DNA from: an uncultured Methanosarcinaceae archaeon
GTDB taxonomy: Archaea; Halobacteriota; Methanosarcinia; Methanosarcinales; Methanosarcinaceae
Length of the DNA stretch: 64,000 nucleotides
Direction of reading: 5' to 3'
NCBI GenBank assembly: GCA_963733675.1
Contig: CAVTET010000007.1
Location: 49,487-113,486, forward strand
The notes under the pieces are model-generated. The model was not told the DNA's origin. It saw nothing but the letters and a program-made list of their open reading frames with translations, and searched no databases. Of this stretch, positions 55,077-64,000 are shown piece after piece. A program made the position numbers and the translations under genes. Position 1 is the first letter of the stretch. The number at the start of each line of letters is the position of its first letter.

Positions 55077-55107
55077 ATACATATGTTTTGATACAAAAAC
55101 TGTGCGT
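55077..55107. repeat. Core site
   Basis: ATACATATGTTTT-GATAC-AAAAACTGTGCGT. Confidence 0.75.
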
Positions 55108-55309
55108 GTATTAATTACAGTTTTCATAGTAAATTCACCATTTTATCCGATGAGGAAAATGCATTTATAGTGAAGTATCAGAATTTCTTCACTGGTCTTA
55201 AACTTAGAGATGAAGAACGGAGAAATGAGTGAATAGTTACAATTAGGCAAAAACCTGCAAGTTTAAAGCTGATGAGTGTCAGCAAACAAAATCGGAGGGA
55301 CAGAACTTG

Positions 55310-55486
55310 ATGCAATCATTTATAGTAGAACATTACCTCAACAAGAAAGTAGATGTTTACTGTGGCGGACCAGATGTTTTCAGGGGAATCATTGAAGCTT
55401 GTGCCGATAATGTTCTTACTCTCAATGACGACGGAAAATTTACCCATGTAGCCATCGATAAAATAATCGCCTTATGGGCTCAATGA
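55310..55486 (+). CDS. Small Sm-like-fold protein (MM0924-like), 58 aa
   Basis: GGAGG RBS; MQSFIVEHYLNKKVDVYCGGPDVFRGIIEACADNVLTL...HVAIDKIIALWAQ. Confidence 0.75.
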   Translation: MQSFIVEHYLNKKVDVYCGGPDVFRGIIEACADNVLTLNDDGKFTHVAIDKIIALWAQ

Positions 55487-55653
55487 GAGCACAAATTATG
55501 AGGATTCCGATGAACATCTCATTTTCATAAGTAGTTTATATACAATTTAGAAACATATGACAAAACATAGAGGTTTATTGAAATCCTCTATAGTAGATGA
55601 AATGTACATTATGTTGGCTAAATAATCACCAATCTCAACCAAGATTTTACTGC

Positions 55654-57633
55654 TTACATGAATAGGCTTAGTATCCTGAATGCGATACCACCTATCATGA
55701 TCGCTGTGCCGATTTCCGCTATCGTTACAGCAGTTGCTTTTTTCCACCCGAACTCCGATGCCAAGGCCAATATATTGGCTAGGCATGGGACGTAAATCAT
55801 GCTGACCAGCGCCAAGACTATTAATTGTACTGGAGTCATGATCGAGCCAAAGTTTGTGGTATGAAAAATTACAGCCAGCGTTAATAGAGTCATTTCTTTC
55901 CTAACGATTCCGAATATCAACAATATACCAGATACTGCTGGTAATCCAAGCCACCAGACCGTTAGCGGCATTAGCGCATTATTAATCGGAGTTAGTACTC
56001 CCAATGCATATAATGCTTGCACTGCTGCGCTGCCTATGATGTAAGCCGGGAATACGATCATGATCAATGATTTGGTGCGTGCCCACGTCTGTTTGAGTAT
56101 AACGTTAAGAGAGGGTACGTGATAATCTGCCATCTCTATAATAAGACCAACGGATTCTCCAGGCATTACCTTGAACGCTATGCGACCTACCACGATAATG
56201 AGTAGTATATCAAATACATATAGCGCCATACCCCACCAAATACTTACGAATGTAGCTACCAGTCCTAGAATAACGATAGTCCTTGCCGTGCAGGGTATTA
56301 GTGTAACCAGGTAAGCTAATAGTGTTTTTTGCTTTGGAGTTTCCATTATCCTACAGGAGTAAACTGCTGGCACATTGCACCCATACCCTAGGATGAGTGG
56401 AATGACTGCCTTGCCATGCAACCCGAGTTTGTGCATACCGCGATCGAGCATGAATGATATTCTAGTCAAGTATCCAGAATCCTCAATAAATGCAAGTATT
56501 AGGTAAAATGGTAACACATACGGGATTATGAGAGTTACTCCGGCTACAAATCCGGTGAAAGCTCCATTCCATATGATACTTTCTATGGGACCTGTCACGA
56601 CTGGTTCATACTGCTCTATCGCAGTTAAAAAATTTTGTATAAAATCCGAAATACGGGCACCTATGAGAAACGTCCAGACCAACAGCCCTCCAATGACCAT
56701 GATAGCAGTCACATATCCCAATACTGGGTGCAGGGCGATATTATCCAAAGCTTCTGTCAACGTTCTTTTTTTCACGCCTGGCATGACATCCCTGAAGACC
56801 TCATGAGCAATCATGTCAGCTACATGATATCGCTCACCTGTGATCACTATTCCAGATGGCTCACCATGTATCTCCTCAATCTCTTTAGCCAGTGAATCAG
56901 CTAGTATGAGAACATTCTCGGCCTTCTCAAAAAGGCTGCGAATCTCATCGTCTTTCTCGATCAGTTTGATAGCCGTCCACCGTGAAGGATATCCAGTTTT
57001 TACATCCCCCAGGGCTGCTATAAGCTTCTCTAAGCGCTGCTCTATTTCTTGACCATATTTTATTTTGTTCGGAAGTTTTTTATTTTCGATTGCATCTATT
57101 ATTTTTTCTGTCAGGTTGTCGATTCCGATTCCTTTGATTGCTACAGTGGTGACTACAGACACTCCCAGGACTCCCTCAAGTTTTTTAGCATCGATGGATA
57201 ATCCTTTCTTTTCCATGAGATCCACTTGGTTGAGTGCTATGATCATCGGCACGCCTAATTCTATCAGTTGTAGTGTGAAAAACAAATTTCTTTCCAGTGC
57301 CGATGCGTCTATGACATTTACGACTATGTCCGGCTTTTCAAGAGCGATGAAATCTCTAGATACTATTTCTTCCATTGAGTATGTGGAGAACGAGTATATC
57401 CCTGGAAGGTCAATTATCTTGATCCTCATACCTTTATAATGCAATAATCCCTCGGCACGCTCTACCGTCTTCCCCGGCCAGTTGCCGATGATCTGATCCA
57501 CGCCGGTTAATTGATTGAATATGGCACTCTTACCCACGTTAGAGTTCCCTGCAAGAGCAACCACCCTTTTGAAATCTTTCATCTTTTTAGTTGCGGAGTC
57601 GCACTGCCCACAATTTTTACATTCTGCCATCAA
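55654..57633 (-). CDS. feoB: Ferrous iron transporter B
   Basis: GNSNVGKS, GNWPGKTVE, DLPGIYS, EDSGYL, GYGCNVPA, PCTAR. Confidence 0.96.
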   Translation of the reverse strand: MMAECKNCGQCDSATKKMKDFKRVVALAGNSNVGKSAIFNQLTGVDQIIGNWPGKTVERAEGLLHYKGMRIKIIDLPGIYSFSTYSMEEIVSRDFIALEKPDIVVNVIDASALERNLFFTLQLIELGVPMIIALNQVDLMEKKGLSIDAKKLEGVLGVSVVTTVAIKGIGIDNLTEKIIDAIENKKLPNKIKYGQEIEQRLEKLIAALGDVKTGYPSRWTAIKLIEKDDEIRSLFEKAENVLILADSLAKEIEEIHGEPSGIVITGERYHVADMIAHEVFRDVMPGVKKRTLTEALDNIALHPVLGYVTAIMVIGGLLVWTFLIGARISDFIQNFLTAIEQYEPVVTGPIESIIWNGAFTGFVAGVTLIIPYVLPFYLILAFIEDSGYLTRISFMLDRGMHKLGLHGKAVIPLILGYGCNVPAVYSCRIMETPKQKTLLAYLVTLIPCTARTIVILGLVATFVSIWWGMALYVFDILLIIVVGRIAFKVMPGESVGLIIEMADYHVPSLNVILKQTWARTKSLIMIVFPAYIIGSAAVQALYALGVLTPINNALMPLTVWWLGLPAVSGILLIFGIVRKEMTLLTLAVIFHTTNFGSIMTPVQLIVLALVSMIYVPCLANILALASEFGWKKATAVTIAEIGTAIMIGGIAFRILSLFM

Positions 57634-57642
57634 TACTCCGTT

Positions 57643-58347
57643 TTATCTTGACACGTTTACAAAAATATTATCTGCTATTTCCCTTGCTATCGCTAGATTC
57701 GTCCTTCTGATGCATATTTCTATGGGGCCATTCATTGGTGCTTTTCGCAGTAGTTCGACTTTTGTATTCAACGTTAATCCAAGGTCAGATAACCGCTGTA
57801 CGATTTTCTTATCTCCCCTGAGGAATTTGATGAAGCCCTTTTCACAAGGTTCAAGGTCAGTTATCGGAACAATGCTCCCATCATTTGTTCTACGCTTCCG
57901 TGAACTAGTAGCTCCGTTGCAATCATCACACGTACCTAAAAACATGGTACAGGAACTAATATGGCTTCCATGTGGGCACCTAGCAGGAGCGTTAAGAATC
58001 TTACATAACGCGTTTTCCGTCTCGTCAGAAATATCGTGCTCCATCTTACATGCTTCAGCATGAGCCTTTTTTTTATCTATATGGAGAGTATCAGTGAGAA
58101 ATACTTCTAGAAGCCTATGTTTACGTTTAATTTTAATAGCTATTATCAACCCTTCCTTTGTTAGAGTAGCTCCTTTATAAGGCGCATAGACGACAAGACC
58201 CTTTTCCGCCATATGCTGAATCGCTTCTGTAACACTTGCTGGCGATTTTTTAAGGCATTTTGCGATCTCAGTAGTCCTTGCGGCTCTGTTTTTGCCCGCT
58301 ATATCATAAATCGTTTTAAGATATTCTTCCACTTGTTCTGATGGCAT
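57643..58347 (-). CDS. DtxR/MntR-family metalloregulator fused to FeoA
   Basis: EEYLKTIY, RKHRLLEVFL, EACKMEH, CPHG, RLSDLGL..APMNGP. Confidence 0.92.
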   Translation of the reverse strand: MPSEQVEEYLKTIYDIAGKNRAARTTEIAKCLKKSPASVTEAIQHMAEKGLVVYAPYKGATLTKEGLIIAIKIKRKHRLLEVFLTDTLHIDKKKAHAEACKMEHDISDETENALCKILNAPARCPHGSHISSCTMFLGTCDDCNGATSSRKRRTNDGSIVPITDLEPCEKGFIKFLRGDKKIVQRLSDLGLTLNTKVELLRKAPMNGPIEICIRRTNLAIAREIADNIFVNVSR

Positions 58348-59225
58348 CGAATCACTACCACGGTTAAAAACAATCTGCATATATATATATTTTGGCTAAC
58401 CTAAATTATCAGACATGAACTTTTTAGCTGATCAAGCTTTATGTTTTCATATTTGTCAGAAAGAGTCAAAGGTTACAGAAAGCGATTTTCAATATAAACC
58501 ATAAAAAGAAAAGACTCGAGTTCTCTCCAAAATTTCTAAAACTCTGGAATCCGGTATGAAAACATGGAACCAGAGGGAAGGGAGTCACTGAAATACCGCT
58601 ACATTTCGATCATGAGAACAATATTGTCCTGAAGAAAATTAATTTTAATAAAAATCGAAAATATTCTTCAAGTGGATATAGATTCGTCAACAAAAGGGGA
58701 TTTAATGGAAATCATATCGTAAGAACACTTCGATGTTGAGTATTTAAACTTCCTGCAGATGCAACAAAAAACAGCGAAGAATCTTATATTTCCAATTTTG
58801 ATAATACCATCTTTGAGAAGGTGATAATATTGGAAGTGAAAATTAGAACCTGTGGAGTGAGACAACTAAACTAGTGGATAGTATTGGAGATCAGCCACTC
58901 CACAACTTAACTCAATTTAACTTGGCTTTATCACATTTCCTGTTAACAGTATTGATTATCATAATAACTTAATTTATCTTTTCATACTAGAAAAATATGA
59001 GAATAATGGAAAATGTTGTGCTGTTGATATATTGTATAATCAACTTATGAGAATTTATAAACTTATGTGGATTTAGATGATTATTTTACTTTAACAAGTC
59101 ATTTTAATATCATTTATAAACATATAATGAAATTTAGGAGTTACAGAAAATTTTCTTATATTTTGACTGCATTATTTATATGTAACAGTTAAAGAAGACT
59201 AATAGTTGATGGTAAAAGATAACTA

Positions 59226-61067
59226 ATGATTAATACTAGCGCAAGCAAATTTTTGGATAGACTAATCAATAATTATGCGTTTCATATTATATGTGTATTT
59301 TTTGTAATACTGGTAATTGTAAAAATTCTATTATCATCTCGTTTTTGTGGTCCATTTATTTTTCCAGATGAAACTTTGTACAATAGCATTGCCCAAAGTA
59401 TTGTACACGGTAAGTTATATGGAAAGTTAGGTTCGTTTTCTCCAGGATATCCATTTTTATTGTCATTAGCATATAATATTTCCAATAACCAAAATATTAT
59501 TTATCACATAATGCTAGTGATAAGCGCTTTCATATCTAGCACCATCATTTTTCCTTCATTTTTTATTATGGAAAAATACTGTTCAAAGGCAGTATCAGTC
59601 CTGGGTTCAATTACCGTGTCAACGTTACCATCTTTAAATTTTTATAGCTTTACACTAATGACTGAGACATTATTTATGCCCTTATTTTTATTTTCCATAT
59701 GGTTCATCCTTAAAAGCTATGAAACTAACAATAAAAAATGGGAATTATTAGCTTCATTGTCAACTGTATATTTATATATCACTAGATCGACTGGATTGGC
59801 AATGCTAATAGCATTTGTATTGACATTTATATATTATATCATTTCAAATTTAAATAAAGATCGAGTGCTTGTTTTAATTAAAAAAAAGTTCATTTTAATG
59901 GCTAGTGTCATTATATTTTTATTATGTTGGCTTACCTATTCAACATATTTCGTGGACATAAATCAACCCTTTAGTGATAAATTAACGAAAACTTATGATT
60001 TTGGATCAGCTCATAATATCAAAGGGGTGGTAGGGCACGGAACAGACATTTTTGCAAGTATTAAAAATATGTTGATATTTACTAAGTTCTTTGCAAATTT
60101 AATAAGTTACCTGTCAGTTGGCTCCTCTTTTCTATTATTCATAATTATTTATTATTTTATTTTGTTACTCATCAATAAAAAACCATTGAAAAATCATACA
60201 TTATCAATGCCAATTTTCTATGCTTCCATCAGTTCCTTATTATTGATAATCGCTACTATCAGCTTTCTGTTTAAGGATAAAAATACAAACCTGATACTTG
60301 GAAGATATATTGATCCAATCATACCAATAATAATGATCCTCGGAATTATATGTATAAGCAATTTTGATCAAAAAATAATTAACAAGAGGACTATTATTTA
60401 TTTTATAGTTAGCTGCACTCCTCTTATACTTGTTATACCATATATTTTCGCCTGGGATAATATCATTATCAATGTATTCAATGACCTACCAAATAATCCA
60501 ACACTATATATATACAATGTATTTTATGGGTATCCTACGTTTAATGCATTCGCAAGATTCTATGAACCGAGTTCTACATTTCTAACGCGAGCAATCTCAT
60601 CATCTTTACATCCATCATTGGTTATGTATATCTATTTTTCGGTGACTGTAGCGTTAATAACACTATCAATGAAAAAAAAGCATTATATAAGTCTATTATT
60701 GATCTTTATTATCACTTCATCCCTGATTTTTTCTACCACATTATACCGCGTTTCAGTAGCAAAATCAAATGAGGAAATGAATAATAGTATAGCAAAATTT
60801 TTAACAAATAACACCAATAACAGGACTACCTATCTCATCGACCAAGCTACTGCTCCTGCAAATGTAAACATCGAAAAGTACGTGTATGGATTTTGGAATA
60901 AAGGAAATATTCGTTATGTCAATGCTAGAAAGACTTCTCTAAAATCTATGGAATTAAATAAAACAACATATCTGATATCGACAAAATCTTTGCCATATAA
61001 TGAAATAGCTAAAGATGGTAATTTCACTCTTTATCTAATAAAGAATGCCTCTCCATTAATTAGTTGA
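59226..61067 (+). CDS. Polytopic membrane glycosyltransferase (GT-C/PMT-like)
   Basis: DE motif after TM1 (FPDETLY), PGYPFL, MTETL, GRYIDP, many TM segments. Confidence 0.75.
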   Translation: MINTSASKFLDRLINNYAFHIICVFFVILVIVKILLSSRFCGPFIFPDETLYNSIAQSIVHGKLYGKLGSFSPGYPFLLSLAYNISNNQNIIYHIMLVISAFISSTIIFPSFFIMEKYCSKAVSVLGSITVSTLPSLNFYSFTLMTETLFMPLFLFSIWFILKSYETNNKKWELLASLSTVYLYITRSTGLAMLIAFVLTFIYYIISNLNKDRVLVLIKKKFILMASVIIFLLCWLTYSTYFVDINQPFSDKLTKTYDFGSAHNIKGVVGHGTDIFASIKNMLIFTKFFANLISYLSVGSSFLLFIIIYYFILLLINKKPLKNHTLSMPIFYASISSLLLIIATISFLFKDKNTNLILGRYIDPIIPIIMILGIICISNFDQKIINKRTIIYFIVSCTPLILVIPYIFAWDNIIINVFNDLPNNPTLYIYNVFYGYPTFNAFARFYEPSSTFLTRAISSSLHPSLVMYIYFSVTVALITLSMKKKHYISLLLIFIITSSLIFSTTLYRVSVAKSNEEMNNSIAKFLTNNTNNRTTYLIDQATAPANVNIEKYVYGFWNKGNIRYVNARKTSLKSMELNKTTYLISTKSLPYNEIAKDGNFTLYLIKNASPLIS

Positions 61068-62082
61068 TATCTTAAGAGTTATATAAATTAAAAGCTCTTT
61101 TAAAAAATAGTCAAGTAAAGTCCAACGGGTCTACAAATGTCGAATTTATTGATATAAGCAATTTCAGAGATTATTTTACCCATTTTGGAGATGGATCTAC
61201 ATATGGAGTACATCTTTCTCTAAACCTTTATATTAAGCGGTGAAATAACGGTGTACTCCAAATTGGTTTAAATTATCACTTTTTTTTCAACACCGCTTCT
61301 TCATTTTATTCTCATTTCTATTGTAGTATTCCCGTGGCTCAGTAAATATGGATCAAAAGGCAATTTATTGAATTGAGTCTATCCTAGATTCAAGCCATCT
61401 GTTGTGAATAAGGTACTATAAATTTATGAGTACCTTTGGAGTCAGTTGTTGACTGTGAATATTCAATTGTCCCATTCTGATCTATAAAGATTGTCGTGCT
61501 TATTTTTAGGATCTTATTCTGGGAGGCAGTTCTTGTTACTTTTACAATTTTAACATATTTACAAATATTAACATAGCTTACATATACTTAGAAAATATTT
61601 TTCTCAAAGAATAAATTGTAAAATTGTTTATAGATAATTTTCTAATTTTTGTCTACCTATGTTTCATAAACCACAGTATACAGTTTCAAGTAATTTTCAT
61701 CAAAGATGTGTACCTTTGGCTGCTTTTTTCAGTAAATCTAAAAATTAAATCAAGATTAATAAATTATTACAGTGATCAATTAGGATTAACAAATTTTTTA
61801 ATCTAACATATTCAGATTTAAGATAATTAATGATTTCATGCTATTGATTTTTTAGTTTAACAATCTAAGTTCAATTAAATTTATATTAGTAACAAAGGAG
61901 TATATTTTCAGCGATGTATATCTATATTAAACCATACTTAACTATAAATAATCCAATATGCATATTATTATACCGTACTTCAATATTCAACTACCTGTTT
62001 TAAATTAAAAATCCCTTCTTTCTAGAATTGTGCCTATCATTCAGCAAAACTATCAAAATAATACTTAAAAGATGGAAATATT

Positions 62083-64000
62083 ATGGAAATGAGATATAAA
62101 AATACTCTTATGTTAATTAGTATGATTTTATTGTCAACGACTGCACTTGCAGCAACTCAGACTGTAAAATCTGCCGCACAGCCATATCACATTGACCCCC
62201 ACCATAATTTGTGGATCAAAGTTAACATGAATGGCAGCGCACAACATTTTAAGGTGTACAATAAGCCGGGATACTCACCCAACGGGGAAGCAGTTATGTG
62301 GGCATACGATAACTTTAGCTCAGGCAGCTTAAATACATCAAAATGGACAGTTTACAAAGAAGGAAGCAATAATGCAACAATAGACGTACAAAATGGACAT
62401 CTAGTGTTGTCAGGCTCGGGTAATACATCTTCTGCGAATGTTGTGCTGAATAAACAATTCACTAACGGCATTGAACTGGCGGTCAATGAAACATTGGCAG
62501 GGGGTACCCATAACTTAGGCACATTCTCTGATGTTTCTTTTGGTTCTGGTGCACCAGTAGGTGGGATTAGGGGAACAGATTGGTGGCATACACATTTCAA
62601 AGCTGGTGGTGGCTCATTCCAAAGTCAAGGAATAGACAAAGCAATGATTTGGGTAAACTCAAACAGTTCGGATATTAATGTGCCAATCCCTGGGATCAGA
62701 CTAAATGATTACGTCCAAGAGAATATTTCACATACAGTGGCATACAGTTATGATTCTTCTGGTAATGCAAACATGTACATGCTAAATGTAACTCAAAATC
62801 GTCTACCCTTATCTATACCTGATCCATATGGGTATAACCAGTTCAATCATCCATCCATCTATTTCAATAAGACTGGCGTATTTGGTCACAAATGGTGGAT
62901 GTTTATTACACCATATGCATACTCGAGAGGTGAGCTTGAAAATGCATGTTTGTACTATTCTGATGATGGACTAGTTTGGCATGTACCACCAGGAGTGAAA
63001 AATCCTATTGGAACACCAATAGAATCTGAGTATGAATCAAATGCTTATGGTCTTGATCCGTATGGTTCTGATCCATATGGTTCTGATTCACGTGGTTCTG
63101 ATCCATATGGTTCTGATTCGCATATAATATACAATCCTAATATCGGGAAATTCATGTGCTACTATGTAATAGGAGATATCGTTGGTGATGAAACCGTAGA
63201 AGATCCAAAGGTTAAGACGTACGATGGTATTACTGTTTCACCAGAAATAAATGTCAATGGTCATGGTGTATCACCAGCTGTATTGTATGATGAAGCTACG
63301 AGAACATATTACATGTGGATTGTTGATATCGATCCTACCCCGCATGTGATATACAGATACACGTCCGCTGATGGGATTCATTTTGGTAATAAGCAAGCAG
63401 TGGGTCTATCAAGTCAATATCACCCCTGGCATATTAATGTAATGAATTATCCAGGAAAATCGACAATTTATGCATTACTTACAATGTATAGTAACAACGG
63501 ATTCACCGGTGATCTACATATTGCAACTGCAAATAACTACACCGATAATTTTACAGTTCAAAACACATCACTTCTAAAACTCAAGGAATCATCATGTCCA
63601 ACACATAAGGATACTCTGTTATATCGTAGTGCAGGTATATTTAGTGATGACGGAAACATCTTGAAACTCTGGATACCTGCGCAAGATAATAATGGAGTTT
63701 GGACTGTTTTTTACACGCAAGCAACTAAGGAAAAAGGTGTCTGGAAAGTTGGGACATTCATAACTCCGCGTGCACCGCTTATGACAACCAAAAACACACA
63801 ATATCTCTACACACCAAAACAATGGATGATATCACAAGGCGATTCTCCAAAAAGCCATGGAGTCAAAAGAGAAATCAATGAAGTTTGGGGATATAAAACA
63901 GGTCACACACCAAAAGCAACCGTAAAAAATATGGGAGCATATACTCAAATTGAGGTTAAGCCAACCGATTTACAAAACGTGTTTGATTACCAGGTAATGA
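62083..64000 (+). CDS. Large secreted protein (partial): lectin-like beta-sandwich plus glycoside-hydrolase-like beta-propeller
   Basis: Hand-translated, no stop to the window end (absent from the ORF track). Signal peptide, YDNFSSGSLNTSKW, HPS..KWWMFITPY..ENACLYYSDDG.W..NP, PWH, LYRS. Confidence 0.85.
   Translation, partial: MEMRYKNTLMLISMILLSTTALAATQTVKSAAQPYHIDPHHNLWIKVNMNGSAQHFKVYNKPGYSPNGEAVMWAYDNFSSGSLNTSKWTVYKEGSNNATIDVQNGHLVLSGSGNTSSANVVLNKQFTNGIELAVNETLAGGTHNLGTFSDVSFGSGAPVGGIRGTDWWHTHFKAGGGSFQSQGIDKAMIWVNSNSSDINVPIPGIRLNDYVQENISHTVAYSYDSSGNANMYMLNVTQNRLPLSIPDPYGYNQFNHPSIYFNKTGVFGHKWWMFITPYAYSRGELENACLYYSDDGLVWHVPPGVKNPIGTPIESEYESNAYGLDPYGSDPYGSDSRGSDPYGSDSHIIYNPNIGKFMCYYVIGDIVGDETVEDPKVKTYDGITVSPEINVNGHGVSPAVLYDEATRTYYMWIVDIDPTPHVIYRYTSADGIHFGNKQAVGLSSQYHPWHINVMNYPGKSTIYALLTMYSNNGFTGDLHIATANNYTDNFTVQNTSLLKLKESSCPTHKDTLLYRSAGIFSDDGNILKLWIPAQDNNGVWTVFYTQATKEKGVWKVGTFITPRAPLMTTKNTQYLYTPKQWMISQGDSPKSHGVKREINEVWGYKTGHTPKATVKNMGAYTQIEVKPTDLQNVFDYQVM
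63046..63120 (+). repeat. 15-bp coding tandem repeat x5 (YGSDP)
   Basis: TATGGTTCTGATCCA consensus, in frame. Confidence 0.9.

Noticed and set aside
55245-55285. Possible second fluoride riboswitch (ACCTGC...GCTGATGAG)
   Set aside because: No 5' GATG-containing P1 or pseudoknot partner found.
55547-58063. Antisense and alternate-frame ORFs over feoB and dtxR
   Set aside because: Shadows of well-supported genes.

Overview
AT-rich archaeal DNA whose genes, promoters and ribosome-binding sites look like Methanosarcina (inferred from family recognition; no database search was run). It has almost no housekeeping genes and reads as an accessory region or part of a secondary replicon. It carries two different Orc1/Cdc6 initiators, each beside its own non-canonical inverted-repeat origin candidate. 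Cargo includes katG with decayed perR and rubrerythrin, a fluoride module (ppa, fluoride riboswitch, crcB, DUF190), vapBC and hicAB, PadR-MFS-methyltransferase, a thiC paralog, feoB with DtxR-FeoA, and surface, TPR and PKD proteins. There are two IS6 copies, several MITEs, many pseudogenes and several small ORFs missed by the ORF track. The main unexplained signal is a family of about 15 dispersed 31-bp quasi-palindromes (13-bp arms around an asymmetric 5-bp centre). They bracket 1-6 kb gene modules and mark points where flanking homology switches, suggesting an undescribed site-specific cassette-shuffling system reminiscent of Xer/pdif modules. Other leads are a five-copy structured small-RNA candidate family, a duplicated module of a terminase-small-subunit-like gene and an RHH-coiled-coil-WWRFW gene with phased operator repeats, a stand-alone Cdc6 winged-helix gene, and a family of secreted His/Gly-rich peptides. 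No rRNA, tRNA or CRISPR array was seen.
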